Positions 50,816-61,470 of a stretch of DNA of 64,000 bases are shown here, piece by piece (positions within the stretch are counted from its first letter, which is position 1; each line of letters opens with the position of its first letter). Location: NCBI GenBank assembly GCA_964591665.1, contig CAZQCV010000001.1:178-64177 (forward strand), in the 5' to 3' direction. The notes beneath the pieces were generated by a model. That model saw nothing but the letters and a program-made list of their open reading frames with translations, had not been told where the DNA came from and did not search any database. The stretch comes from an uncultured Candidatus Saccharibacteria bacterium (GTDB lineage: Bacteria; Patescibacteriota; Minisyncoccia; Phycocordibacterales; UBA9973). The position numbers and the translations under genes are program-made.

Positions 50816-51493
50816 ATGATAACAAATACTGCCTCATTCATCATAGTAAAAATCATCATTGGCATTTTCATGCTTATTGGTAAAATAGGTATACGAAAAA
50901 AGCTACAAGATGGCGAATCTATACATATATATTTCAGATCTCTTCCCTTTATTGTTATTGGGTATGATTTACTCACAATATTTACATATCCAATGACCTT
51001 ATCAGAGAAGATCATGCATAACATTCCTCTACTGTTTTATTTGTTCGGTGAAATAGTACTCTTGTTACTCATTATGCTAGCAAGAAAAATACTTCTTCTT
51101 ATACGATTTAATTCTTGCCTAAAGCATTTCGAAACTTTTTCTACAGAAGAAGTATTGTACTTAAACGAAAAAACATTTTTTATTATTATTTCAATTACAA
51201 AAGGTTTTGAAATAAAAATGAATAAAATATATGTACATTTAAAAAGTAGAGAAAACAGTTTTGATTTTGACGCACAGTTCGTGAGTAATGAACTTGTTCC
51301 TCAAACACGCGAAGTACTTGTACAGATTTTCTCTACTATCAGTGGTATCATAGAAGAGAGACGAAGAATACTGAAACTTGAAGAAGAAGCATACAAAACA
51401 GGTGTAAAAGAAGATCAGGATACCATTAAGATGCGACACCACGTCGAAAATATGAAAACTGAATTCAAAGAAAAATACAATTTCAACATATAA
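50816..51493 (+). CDS. hypothetical membrane protein
   Basis: Three N-terminal TM helices and a charged C-terminal domain. Confidence 0.4.
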   Translation: MITNTASFIIVKIIIGIFMLIGKIGIRKKLQDGESIHIYFRSLPFIVIGYDLLTIFTYPMTLSEKIMHNIPLLFYLFGEIVLLLLIMLARKILLLIRFNSCLKHFETFSTEEVLYLNEKTFFIIISITKGFEIKMNKIYVHLKSRENSFDFDAQFVSNELVPQTREVLVQIFSTISGIIEERRRILKLEEEAYKTGVKEDQDTIKMRHHVENMKTEFKEKYNFNI

Positions 51494-51497
51494 CAAA

Positions 51498-51530
51498 ACG
51501 GGAGACGTAATCTCCCGTTCTTTTTTATTT
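51498..51530. terminator. convergent or bidirectional rho-independent terminator
   Basis: acgggaga/tctcccgt hairpin followed by TTTTTTATTT. The smc stop codon lies within the T-run. Confidence 0.55.
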
Positions 51531-53801
51531 TGCAATTTTTACAGCATCATCAAATTTGATGGAAAGTAATTTTGAGCCACCATCTGCTCCGATGGTCACT
51601 CCATAGAGTACTTTTGCACGAGACATAGTCTCTCGGTTATGTGTTACCACAATTAATTGTGAGTATTTCGAAAGGTTTTCAATCATATCACCGTATCTGC
51701 GACTGTTCGCTTCATCGAGTGCAGCGTCGGTTTCATCGAGCACAAGGAATGGCGGAGGATTGACTTGTGACATTGCGAAGAGTAATGCGATAGAAGTAAG
51801 TGATCGCTCTCCACCTGAGAGCATCGCAAGTTCTTTAACCTTTTTGTGTGGAAGTGATACATTAATCTCTATACCTCGTTCAAACTGAAATTCTTCTCCA
51901 GAGTCAACAGGAACCTCTTGTTCTTCATCATCTTTTGAAGGACGTTTATGTTCGACAACAATAGAAAGGAATGCACCCCCACCGCCAAACATGAGGCTGA
52001 AAAACTCATTAAACTGCTTATTGATTTTTTCAACACCAGTTTTAAATTCTCGATCAATAGTTTCTCGAAGCTCTCTAATCAATCCACGAAGCTCAGCAAT
52101 CGCGTTTTCCAAGTCTACAAGCTCCTTTGCAAGAAATTGGTCTCGTGCAACTTTTTCTTCATACTCAGTAACTACGTCTGATCCTCCTCCCCCACCGATA
52201 TCTTCAATTTTAATTTTAATACGCTCAATTTGACGTCGAAGATTTTCTTGAGTATCTCGTGTCCATTGTTCATTTGCAACGTACGTTTGAGGAATACGAA
52301 GCGCCTCTTCACCAACAAGAACTAGAGCCTCTTGCTTTTCTTCTTCATGTTTTTGTCTGCGCAATGAGAGCTCTTGTTGCTTAAAAAGAATCATTTCTTG
52401 TTTAGCGAGTAACGCATCATATGTTCTTTTTTGTTCGTAATAGTCACGTTCACGAATGCGCATCTCTTCTTCAGCTTGTGCCTTTTCCTTAAAATACTGA
52501 TCTTTCTCTACACGAACCTGAGAGAGCGATGATTCTATCTCCGTACGTTGTTGCTCGAGGGAGGTAAGTGTTGCTTTTAATTCCTGCTGTTGGGCATCGA
52601 GATGCTCTGTATCATCTGTTCTATCAAAAGTAACCGCTTGAGATTGATGCGTAGAGACAAAAGTATCAAAAATATGTTCAATTTGTCCGATAAGTTCAAT
52701 CCGAGCACTATCGTCTGTGGTGTTGCGAAGTGTAACCATAAGACCTTTTACCTGAGAAATAGTCTCATGAACAACCTCAAAAGGTATTACCACTTTTTTA
52801 GTCTCAGGCTTTTTTAACAATCTCTCAAGAGACTGCAACGTAGTCTCAATAGCACCTTCTATTCGACCAATGTTTCGAGTAATTTCTTCACGATGTTGTT
52901 GTAATTCTTTTTCTTTGCGGTGTATTTCTTGTAACCACTCTGGTTTATATTCAAAACCTGCTGATTGTGTAGCTTCGGTTTTTTTGATTGCTTGTGTAAG
53001 TATTTCAAGTTCTTCGCGTATTGAAGAAAGCGAAGTATGTAAGATTTCTTGTTCTTTAGATAGATAGAGCGCTTCCTCAAAAAAATAGGTGTGGTATAAG
53101 TTAATTACTTCTTCTCTGAGTATTTTTGCTTTTTCAATCTTTTCAACTTGTTTCTTAAGGAAAACAATATGCGGTGCAATTTCACGACGAAGTGCACCAA
53201 CTTCTTTCATGTTTTGGAGTGTCTTTTCAAGACGTCTTTCACTTTCTTTGAGTCGAAATTGATACACACGTAACCCCAATGCATCTTCGATCATACCACG
53301 TCGATCTTTTGCGTTTGCAGAGAGCAATCTATCAGCTTCGCCCTGTGAGATAATATGATGACCCGATGAACCGATATTCACCGATGCTAACAACTCAACA
53401 ACATCTTTCAAACGAACAGAAGTACCGTTAATTGCATATTCATTACCACCATCAGCAAAAACCTCACGGCTAATGGTGATCTCGTTAAAATCAACGGAAA
53501 TTTTACTATCACTAGTTCGTTGAAATTGAAAAAGTTTTTGACGATTATCAAATGTTATCGCGACTCGAGCCCGAGAAAGCGGTGAAAGAATCTTTGAGCC
53601 TTTAAATATAAGATCCGAACCCCCTTTACCGCGTAGAGATTTAATAGATTGTTCTCCTAGTACAAATCGTATTGCCTCAACGACGTTTGACTTGCCAGAA
53701 CCATTCGGCCCCACGATAGCTGTGACGGGAGAATCAAAAAGCAATTCGGTTTTTTTTGCGAAAGATTTAAAGCCAGTGAGTTCAATTGATTTGAGAACCA
53801 T
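51525..53801 (-). CDS. smc: compact SMC-family chromosome-segregation ATPase (758 aa, no canonical hinge domain evident)
   Basis: N-terminal Walker A (GPNGSGKSNVVEAIRFVLGEQS), C-terminal signature LSGGERSLTSIALLFAM and Walker B FLVLDETDAALD. The two long coiled-coil arms are separated by only a short non-helical segment (~res 340-400). Confidence 0.75.
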   Translation of the reverse strand: MVLKSIELTGFKSFAKKTELLFDSPVTAIVGPNGSGKSNVVEAIRFVLGEQSIKSLRGKGGSDLIFKGSKILSPLSRARVAITFDNRQKLFQFQRTSDSKISVDFNEITISREVFADGGNEYAINGTSVRLKDVVELLASVNIGSSGHHIISQGEADRLLSANAKDRRGMIEDALGLRVYQFRLKESERRLEKTLQNMKEVGALRREIAPHIVFLKKQVEKIEKAKILREEVINLYHTYFFEEALYLSKEQEILHTSLSSIREELEILTQAIKKTEATQSAGFEYKPEWLQEIHRKEKELQQHREEITRNIGRIEGAIETTLQSLERLLKKPETKKVVIPFEVVHETISQVKGLMVTLRNTTDDSARIELIGQIEHIFDTFVSTHQSQAVTFDRTDDTEHLDAQQQELKATLTSLEQQRTEIESSLSQVRVEKDQYFKEKAQAEEEMRIRERDYYEQKRTYDALLAKQEMILFKQQELSLRRQKHEEEKQEALVLVGEEALRIPQTYVANEQWTRDTQENLRRQIERIKIKIEDIGGGGGSDVVTEYEEKVARDQFLAKELVDLENAIAELRGLIRELRETIDREFKTGVEKINKQFNEFFSLMFGGGGAFLSIVVEHKRPSKDDEEQEVPVDSGEEFQFERGIEINVSLPHKKVKELAMLSGGERSLTSIALLFAMSQVNPPPFLVLDETDAALDEANSRRYGDMIENLSKYSQLIVVTHNRETMSRAKVLYGVTIGADGGSKLLSIKFDDAVKIAK

Positions 53802-53813
53802 ACACTATGTATT

Positions 53814-54509
53814 CTAATCTATCCAGCCTCGAACGACAAGCGCTTCTTGTGCTGCTTTCTGCTCTGCCTCTTGTTTTGATTTACCCTTTCCTTGTGCTAC
53901 GAGTGTCGTACCGAAATAAATACCGACCACAAATCTTTTATCATGATCTGGCCCCGTTTCATTGAGAACTTTATACATGGGTGTAACACGCTCATATTCT
54001 TGTGCTTTCTCTTGGGCAAGACTCTTTGAGTCACGCCATAGTTTCTTGGTAACAATTTCATGTAGTTTCGGAAAAAGAAATTTCTCAACAAAAACCCGCG
54101 CAGCGTCATACCCTTGATCGAGATATATTGCCCCGAGGCAAGCTTCAAACGTATTTGCAAGAATATGTGAACGAGCTTTACCCATATCACGACTTTCACC
54201 TTTTGAAAGTAGTAAATACTCGTTAAGGCCAAGTTCGAGTGCAACAGTACCGATAACTTGAGTGTTTACCAACGCAGAACGATACGCGGTGAGTTCCCCT
54301 TCTGGTGCTTGCGAATACGTACGAAAAAGATGATCGGTCACCACCAATTCAAGCACCGCGTCACCAAGAAATTCGAGTCGCTCATTATGTGCAAGTTTCG
54401 ATCCAAGATTTTCGTTTATATAAGATCGATGAATAAACGCCTGTGTCAGCAGATCCTTGTTTTTAAATGTAGTTTCTAATTTTTTTTCTAGAGATGAAAA
54501 ATCAATCAT
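53814..54509 (-). CDS. rnc: ribonuclease III
   Basis: RNase III signature ERLEFLGDAVLELVV plus a C-terminal dsRBD. Confidence 0.9.
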   Translation of the reverse strand: MIDFSSLEKKLETTFKNKDLLTQAFIHRSYINENLGSKLAHNERLEFLGDAVLELVVTDHLFRTYSQAPEGELTAYRSALVNTQVIGTVALELGLNEYLLLSKGESRDMGKARSHILANTFEACLGAIYLDQGYDAARVFVEKFLFPKLHEIVTKKLWRDSKSLAQEKAQEYERVTPMYKVLNETGPDHDKRFVVGIYFGTTLVAQGKGKSKQEAEQKAAQEALVVRGWID

Positions 54510-54526
54510 ACTGTCTATTACGGTAA

Positions 54527-55411
54527 TTAAGAAATAAGTGGAATTGCTTTTGCAATGAGTGCGGTAACACTGTCATACATTTTAAGCTTGGCAACATCTT
54601 CGAGTTTAAACCACTGCGCGGCGTCCAGACCACCTGAAGATTCGAGATGAAGTTCTTCATAAGGCGCTTCTGCCAAGAAAAAGGTAACTCGTTTAAGAGA
54701 ACGACCGTTTGTAGGATGTTTGGCAACATACTCATCAGTACCAAGGGATTGTTTAATCACGATATCAATTCCCATTTCTTCTTTTATCTCTCGCACAGCT
54801 GCTGCTTCAGGACTTTCGTCTTCAGGCTCTACCCCACCTTTCGAGAGCGTCCAATACCCAAACACATCATGCACCAAAGCCAAATAGACAATTCCATTGT
54901 CTATAGTGTATACAACCGCACCTGCTTTTTGGTCAATAGGAAGTTTAGAAATATCTACGGGTTCATCATCTTTTTTGTCATCCTTACCTGGCTCACCAAG
55001 TTCCTTGTAAACCGCACCAAGTACACCGTTTACGAACCGACTTGAGCTATCTCCACCAAAAGACTTTGCTAGTTCAATTGCCTCGTTGATAGCAACACGA
55101 GGAGGGACTTCGTCTTTATTACCAAAAAGAAGTTCGCCGAGTCCGAGACGGAGCACATTACGATCAACTGCATTGATCTTTTCAAGCGGCCACTGTGGCG
55201 CAGCCTTGGTTATAACTTGATCAATAACATCACGATTTCGAACCACTAGTTCCAAGATACGTTCCATAAAAGGAGTGTCATCGAGTCCTGGTCCAAATTC
55301 TTCTATATTACGAAGAAGTACTTCACCAACGGTATCGATTGGTGCGTTCTTAAAGTCCCACTCAAAGAGTGTCTGGAGAATAATTGAACGTGAAAGATGT
55401 CTATTTGCCAT
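54527..55411 (-). CDS. nusB: NusB antitermination factor fused to a C-terminal NUDIX hydrolase domain
   Basis: The N-terminal ~140 aa has NusB helices (RSIILQTLFEWDF..., INEAIELAKSFGGDSSSRFVNGVLG). A linker is followed by the NUDIX box GGVEPEDESPEAAAVREIKEEMGI. Confidence 0.75.
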   Translation of the reverse strand: MANRHLSRSIILQTLFEWDFKNAPIDTVGEVLLRNIEEFGPGLDDTPFMERILELVVRNRDVIDQVITKAAPQWPLEKINAVDRNVLRLGLGELLFGNKDEVPPRVAINEAIELAKSFGGDSSSRFVNGVLGAVYKELGEPGKDDKKDDEPVDISKLPIDQKAGAVVYTIDNGIVYLALVHDVFGYWTLSKGGVEPEDESPEAAAVREIKEEMGIDIVIKQSLGTDEYVAKHPTNGRSLKRVTFFLAEAPYEELHLESSGGLDAAQWFKLEDVAKLKMYDSVTALIAKAIPLIS

Positions 55412-55514
55412 ACGTAAAAGAATTAATTGATAGGTGCAATACTTTTTGCAAAAGACGTGGAGTGTACCATCTCAAAGAAAAAGTATTTCACAAGAAAACC
55501 AACAGCGCAAAATA

Positions 55515-55736
55515 TTACTTTGCGCTGCGAGCTTTCACCTTTGCCTGCTTTTTTTCAACTGCTTTCACAACATCGATAACTTTCTTACCGCGATACATAC
55601 CAGTCGACATATCAACGCGATGACGAAGATGTGTTGAACCAGATTTGGTATCAGTTGTTATTGCCTTTGATGTAAGGGCATGATGTGAGCGGCGATTCCC
55701 TGTGTGGGCCCGCGTATGTCGCATTCTAACTACCAT
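55515..55736 (-). CDS. rpmF: 50S ribosomal protein L32
   Basis: [22 protein letters not shown] matches the bL32 N-terminus. The start was trimmed from the longer ORF. Confidence 0.8.
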   Translation of the reverse strand: MVVRMRHTRAHTGNRRSHHALTSKAITTDTKSGSTHLRHRVDMSTGMYRGKKVIDVVKAVEKKQAKVKARSAK

Positions 55737-55779
55737 ATCGGATAATATATCACGAAAAATAAAAAAACACAATAGCTTT

Positions 55780-56358
55780 TTAATTCTTCTGAGGAAGGAA
55801 CGTTCTGCGATGAAGCGGTGACGGTCCGTGTTTGCGGAGGGCCTTGTAATGACCATCAGTTCCATATCCTTTATGTTCGTCAAACGCATACAGTGGGTAC
55901 CTTAGGGCAATACCAGTCATGTAACGGTCACGTGTTACTTTTGCGATAATTGATGCAAGCGCAATTGCTTCTTCATGAGCATCACCACGCACAATGGTCT
56001 GCTGGTTTGTATACTCTTTAGATGCTCGAAGTCCTCCATCAAGCAGTATTGGTGTAGTTGTTGTTGCCTGAACAGAGTGAAGCGTTTCATTGATGAGACG
56101 ATGTATTGCATGGCTTATGCCGTGTATATCGATATACCGAGCCGACTTAGACTTCACAGACCAATTAATTATTCCCTGTTTCTTCAACAGTAAAAGTCGT
56201 TGATAAATCTCTCGTCTTTTTTGGGGGTTGAGTTGTTTGGAATCTTTAATACGACTTGAGAAAAAAGAGATATCCCGTGACAGGTATAATGCGCATACGG
56301 TCACCGGACCGGCAAGCGGCCCTCGTCCTACCTCATCGATACCAACACGAGGATACAT
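55780..56358 (-). CDS. rnhB: ribonuclease HII
   Basis: [18 protein letters not shown] is the RNase HII active-site motif. Start set at the internal MYPRVGIDE. Confidence 0.85.
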   Translation of the reverse strand: MYPRVGIDEVGRGPLAGPVTVCALYLSRDISFFSSRIKDSKQLNPQKRREIYQRLLLLKKQGIINWSVKSKSARYIDIHGISHAIHRLINETLHSVQATTTTPILLDGGLRASKEYTNQQTIVRGDAHEEAIALASIIAKVTRDRYMTGIALRYPLYAFDEHKGYGTDGHYKALRKHGPSPLHRRTFLPQKN

Positions 56359-56414
56359 ATACGTACAGTATAACAAAAGAAAACTTAATGGTATACTATT
56401 GAAATAAAACGTAT

Positions 56415-59400
56415 ATGAAGTCACAATTTGTCCACCTCCACACCCATAGCCACTATTCCCTCCTCGACGGGCTTACAAAGCTCGAAGACATGGTTCGTAT
56501 AGCAAAAGAACACGAGATGAGTGCTATTGCACTTACTGACCACGGCAACATGTATGGTGCTATTGAGTTCTACAAAATTTGCAAGAAAGAAGGCATAAAA
56601 CCGATCATCGGCGTAGAAGCGTACATGGCTCCTGGTTCCCGTCTAGACAAAACAGCAACACCTGCTGGAACAAAAAAATACTATCACCTCATTCTCCTTG
56701 CCAAAAATCTCACCGGCTACAAAAACCTCATGAGACTGGTCACTCGAGCAAATCTTGAAGGATACTACTATAAACCTCGCATGGACAAAGACCTGTTGCG
56801 AGAACATCACGAAGGTATTATTGCACTCTCCGCATGTATGGGAGGCGAACTTTCACAAACCGTATTAAAAGGAAGTGCAGAGCAAGCTGAAGCACTCGTC
56901 CGTGAATATCAAGAAATTTTTGGCAAGGAAAATTATTTTATTGAAGTCCAGTCGCACCCAGGCATAGAACGAGATAAAGAGCTACGAGAAAAACTTGTCG
57001 CACTTGCAAAAAAAACAGGTACCACCGTCGTTGCAACACAAGATTCTCATTATCCATGCCACGATGACCACGAAGCACATAAAACGCTACTTGCTATAAA
57101 CACTGGTGCTGATGGAAAAGAAGCCACAAAATTTGAATTTTCAGATGACGACTTTTCATTAATTGATGAAAAAACTGCACTTACATATTTTAGTGATACA
57201 CCGCAAGCTGTAACAAACACCAGTATTGTCGCAGATATGTGCGAAGATTACGAGATTGAATTAGGCGTTGCGCATTTCCCCACATACGTCATTGAATCAG
57301 GAAAAGAGCCAGACGATGAGCTTAGAACTCTTGCCTATGATGGTTTTTCATTTCGAGAGTTAGAAATAACAGATACGTACAGAGAAAGACTGGATTACGA
57401 ACTAGGGATCATTAAACAAAAAGGATATGCAAACTACTTCCTTGTGGTAGGAGATTTGCTTAGATTTTCTCGAGAAAATGGTATTTTGACCAACATCCGA
57501 GGATCAGTTGCAGGATCACTGACCACATACCTTTTAGGTATCACAAACGTAGATCCGCTTGTTTACAAACTTCCTTTTGAACGTTTCTTGAATCCCGAAC
57601 GACCGTCACTTCCCGATATCGATATGGACTACGCCGATAACAGGCGTGATGAAGTTATTGCATACGCTAGACAAAAATACGGTGAAGATCGTGTCGCTCA
57701 AATCGGAACATTTGGAACCATGATGGCGCGCGGTTCTGTGAGAGATGTTGCACGTGCATTAAACTTCCCATACGCAACAGGCGATCGACTTTCCAAGATG
57801 ATTCCGATGGGATCACAGGGTTTTCCTATGACCATTGATCGAGCACTGGAACTTGTACCAGAACTCGCAAATGCCTACAAAAAAGAAGAAGACACAAAAA
57901 AAATTATCAATCTTGCTAAAAAAATAGAAGGATGTGTTCGCCATGTATCTGTACACGCAGCTGGTGTTGTTATTGCGCCACGACCACTGTATGAATTCAC
58001 ACCGATCCAATACGACCCTAAGGGTGGTGTTATTATCACCCAGTATGACATGTATCAAATTGAAGACGTAGGTCTCCCAAAATTTGACTTCTTGGGTATT
58101 AGAAACCTAGCTATTCTTGCAGATGCAGTTAAACTCGTAGAACAGTTACGAAACATTCGTATTAACGTAGATAAAATACCACTTGATGACAATAAGACGT
58201 TTGAGATGCTCGCTCGAGGTGAGACCATGGGATTATTCCAATTAAACGGATCAGGGATGACTGCGTATTTAAAACAACTCCGCGCAACTTCTATCTTTGA
58301 TATTAATGCGATGGTTGCACTCTATCGTCCAGGACCGATGGAATCAATCCCAGAATATATAAAACGAAAACACAACAACGCACTCATCCGATACCTTGAC
58401 CCTCGTCTTAAAGATATTCTCGATCAATCTTACGGAGTAATCACCTACCAGGATGATGTTATGATGATTGCCATAAAACTCGGCGGATATTCATGGCTTG
58501 AAGCAGATAAACTTCGTAAAGCTATGGGTAAAAAAATCCCAGCAGAAATGGAGGCACAAAAACACAAACTTCATGATGGATTCATTAAAAATGGCCTTTC
58601 AGAAGAAAAAGCTCAACAATTATGGTCACTTATTGAACCATTTGCTGCATACGGATTTAACAAAGCTCATGCTGCAAGTTACGGACAGGTGGCATATCAT
58701 ACCGCATACATGAAAGCAAACTATCCCGTCGAATACATGACCGCAATTCTCACAGCTGAATCAGGAGATACAGAGAAGGTTGCTGAAATTATCCACGAAT
58801 GTGAAAAGATGCATATTGAAGTGTTGCCACCAGACATAAATGCAAGTTTTGGAGGCTTTACGGTTATAGACAATGGAGTTGATTCTTCAACAGAAAGACA
58901 CACCTCAAACAAAACAGGAACCATTCGATTTGGATTGTATACTATTAAAAACTTAGGTACTGATATATCTGATGCAATTATTGCCGAACGAAAAGAAAAC
59001 GGGCTGTTTGCAGACATCAGTGATTTTCTTACCAGAATCAAACATAAAAATCTCAACAAGAAATCTTTAGAAGCACTTATCATGTGTGGAGCTATGGATA
59101 GTTACGGAGAACGAGGTATGCTCATGACGAATGTTGAAGGAATGCTCGAATATAATAAAGAAGTAAAAAAAGAACAAACACAAGAATCTCTTTTTGCTGG
59201 ATTCGATACAGGATTTGATACAGGATATACACTTAAACCAGGTGAACCAGTAGATCCTAAACAACGATTAGCGTGGGAAAAAGATTTGTTAGGACTTTAT
59301 GTCTCTGGACACCCACTTGACGATTATCGTGCAAAAATAGAAGCAAGCGGGATCACCATTAAAAAAATAAAAGAAGAATTAAAAAAAGGAATGCCCGTGA

Positions 59401-59633
59401 CATTCGCATGTATTGTAGAGGAAGTTAAACCTATTATAACCAAGTCAAATAAACGAATGGCTTTTGTTCGTGTAGCAGACTTTACTGGTTCCCTTGAAGG
59501 CGCGATTTTTTCAGAAACATATAAGGAGTTTGAGGAGACACTTCACGTAGATGCAGTACTTGCTATCAAAGGAACACTTTCAGAAAGAAATGACGAAATG
59601 AGTATTTTGATCGATAGTATGAAAAAATTATAA
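56415..59633 (+). CDS. dnaE: DNA polymerase III alpha subunit
   Basis: PHP domain (FVHLHTHSHYSLLDG), polymerase core, and a C-terminal OB fold. 1072 aa. Confidence 0.95.
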   Translation: MKSQFVHLHTHSHYSLLDGLTKLEDMVRIAKEHEMSAIALTDHGNMYGAIEFYKICKKEGIKPIIGVEAYMAPGSRLDKTATPAGTKKYYHLILLAKNLTGYKNLMRLVTRANLEGYYYKPRMDKDLLREHHEGIIALSACMGGELSQTVLKGSAEQAEALVREYQEIFGKENYFIEVQSHPGIERDKELREKLVALAKKTGTTVVATQDSHYPCHDDHEAHKTLLAINTGADGKEATKFEFSDDDFSLIDEKTALTYFSDTPQAVTNTSIVADMCEDYEIELGVAHFPTYVIESGKEPDDELRTLAYDGFSFRELEITDTYRERLDYELGIIKQKGYANYFLVVGDLLRFSRENGILTNIRGSVAGSLTTYLLGITNVDPLVYKLPFERFLNPERPSLPDIDMDYADNRRDEVIAYARQKYGEDRVAQIGTFGTMMARGSVRDVARALNFPYATGDRLSKMIPMGSQGFPMTIDRALELVPELANAYKKEEDTKKIINLAKKIEGCVRHVSVHAAGVVIAPRPLYEFTPIQYDPKGGVIITQYDMYQIEDVGLPKFDFLGIRNLAILADAVKLVEQLRNIRINVDKIPLDDNKTFEMLARGETMGLFQLNGSGMTAYLKQLRATSIFDINAMVALYRPGPMESIPEYIKRKHNNALIRYLDPRLKDILDQSYGVITYQDDVMMIAIKLGGYSWLEADKLRKAMGKKIPAEMEAQKHKLHDGFIKNGLSEEKAQQLWSLIEPFAAYGFNKAHAASYGQVAYHTAYMKANYPVEYMTAILTAESGDTEKVAEIIHECEKMHIEVLPPDINASFGGFTVIDNGVDSSTERHTSNKTGTIRFGLYTIKNLGTDISDAIIAERKENGLFADISDFLTRIKHKNLNKKSLEALIMCGAMDSYGERGMLMTNVEGMLEYNKEVKKEQTQESLFAGFDTGFDTGYTLKPGEPVDPKQRLAWEKDLLGLYVSGHPLDDYRAKIEASGITIKKIKEELKKGMPVTFACIVEEVKPIITKSNKRMAFVRVADFTGSLEGAIFSETYKEFEETLHVDAVLAIKGTLSERNDEMSILIDSMKKL

Positions 59634-59711
59634 AAATGAGTTTCCTTGCTATATATTTTACTAGATGTCAAAACTCTAGAAAAACCAGATACAATATGAT
59701 ATTATCTACAC

Positions 59712-61466
59712 ATGGATATCTCACACATTCGCCACACACTGGCTCATCTACTCGCACAAGCAGTAAAAGAACATTATAAAGATGCAGATCTGACGTTAGG
59801 TCCTGCTATTGATAATGGTTTCTACTATGATGTAGACTTTGGTGTAGAAAAAGTAAGTGACACTGATCTCGAAAAAATTGAGAAAACCATGCGTAAGCAT
59901 TTACCCAATTGGACTGAATTTACACATAAAGAAGTTTCAAAAGACGAGGCAATACAGACATTTTCAAACCCGCTTGGAGTAAATCCATACAAAGCAGAGC
60001 TCATAAACGAAATCACAGAGCGCGGTGAAGTTCTCACTCTTTACACATGCGGTGGCTTTACGGATCTTTGCCGTGGTGGACATGCAGAACATCCAAGTGA
60101 AGACCTTAAAAATATAGGGTGGAAACTCGATCGTGTTGCAGGTGCATATTGGCGCGGTGATGAAAAAAACAAAATGCTCACTCGTATCTACGGACTAGCA
60201 TTTGAATCACAAGAAAAACTCGACGAATATCTTAATCAAATTGAAGAAGCAAAAAAACGCGACCACCGAAAAATTGGCAAGGAACTTGGTCTTTTTGTTT
60301 TTTCTGATCTCGTAGGACCTGGACTTCCCCTCTGGACTCCAAAAGGTACTATAATACGAGAGCTTCTCAATGACTACGTATGGGAGTTACGAAAAGGATA
60401 CGGCTATCAGAAAGTATGTATTCCACACATCACAAAGAAAAACTTATATGAAACGTCAGGACACTGGGCAAAATACGCCGATGACTTGTTCAAAATTGAA
60501 ACTCGCGAGAAACACCTCTATGCGATGAAGCCTATGAATTGTCCACATCACACACAGATATTTGCATCTGAACCACGCAGTTACCGAGATATGCCGCAAC
60601 GCTATTGTGAAACAACTATGGTGTACCGCGATGAACAGTCTGGAGAACTTTCTGGTCTTTCTCGTGTACTTTCTATCACTCAGGACGACGCACACGTGTT
60701 CTGTCGTGAAAATCAAATCGAAGCAGAAGCACTCAAAATCTGGCAAATTATTGAAACATTCTATAAAACATTCGGATTCAACCTACAAGTTCGTTTTTCT
60801 CGCCATGATCCAAAAGAAATGGATAAATACCTTGGTGGTGTTGAAGTCTGGGCAAAAGCAGAAACTGCACTTGAAAATCTCATGAAACAAAAAGGAGTTA
60901 CATGGATTGATGGTTTAGGTGAGGCAGCGTTCTATGGTCCTAAAATAGACTTCATTGCACGAGACTCAATCGGTCGCGTACTTCAGGTTGCGACCATACA
61001 ACTTGATTTCAATCAGCCAAAGAACTTCGAACTTGAATACACAAATGAAGAAGGTAAAAAATCTCCCGCTGTTATGATTCACGCTGCAATTATGGGATCA
61101 ATCGAGCGTTTTATGTCTACCCTCATCGAACACCTAGCTGGAAACTTTCCTGTCTGGCTCTCACCTACTCAGGTTACGATTGTTCCAGTAAACAACGAAA
61201 AACATTTAGCATACGCAGAATCTTTATATACAAAAATTAAAAATTCTGATATTAGAGTTTCTCTTGATGATGGTAAAGACTCTCTTGGCAAAAGAATTCG
61301 CAATGCAAAAAATGATAAGGTTCCATACGTCATTATAGTTGGTGACAAAGAAATGGAGTCCGAACAACTGACAATAGAAACAAGAAATGATAAAATAGAA
61401 GGTATTACTAGTGATAATTTTATTACTCGTGTAATAAATGAAATCAAAGATAAAACATTAAACTAA
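59712..61466 (+). CDS. thrS: threonine--tRNA ligase lacking the N-terminal TGS domain
   Basis: Begins in the N2 editing domain (HIRHTLAHLLAQAV). Class II core motifs and anticodon-binding domain are present. 584 aa. Confidence 0.9.
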   Translation: MDISHIRHTLAHLLAQAVKEHYKDADLTLGPAIDNGFYYDVDFGVEKVSDTDLEKIEKTMRKHLPNWTEFTHKEVSKDEAIQTFSNPLGVNPYKAELINEITERGEVLTLYTCGGFTDLCRGGHAEHPSEDLKNIGWKLDRVAGAYWRGDEKNKMLTRIYGLAFESQEKLDEYLNQIEEAKKRDHRKIGKELGLFVFSDLVGPGLPLWTPKGTIIRELLNDYVWELRKGYGYQKVCIPHITKKNLYETSGHWAKYADDLFKIETREKHLYAMKPMNCPHHTQIFASEPRSYRDMPQRYCETTMVYRDEQSGELSGLSRVLSITQDDAHVFCRENQIEAEALKIWQIIETFYKTFGFNLQVRFSRHDPKEMDKYLGGVEVWAKAETALENLMKQKGVTWIDGLGEAAFYGPKIDFIARDSIGRVLQVATIQLDFNQPKNFELEYTNEEGKKSPAVMIHAAIMGSIERFMSTLIEHLAGNFPVWLSPTQVTIVPVNNEKHLAYAESLYTKIKNSDIRVSLDDGKDSLGKRIRNAKNDKVPYVIIVGDKEMESEQLTIETRNDKIEGITSDNFITRVINEIKDKTLN

Positions 61467-61470
61467 CTAT

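Noticed and set aside
59199-59222. 12-nt tandem duplication (ggattcgataca / ggatttgataca) giving GFDTGFDTG in dnaE
   Set aside because: It is a short in-frame slippage duplication within a linker of DnaE, too small to be a separate repeat element.
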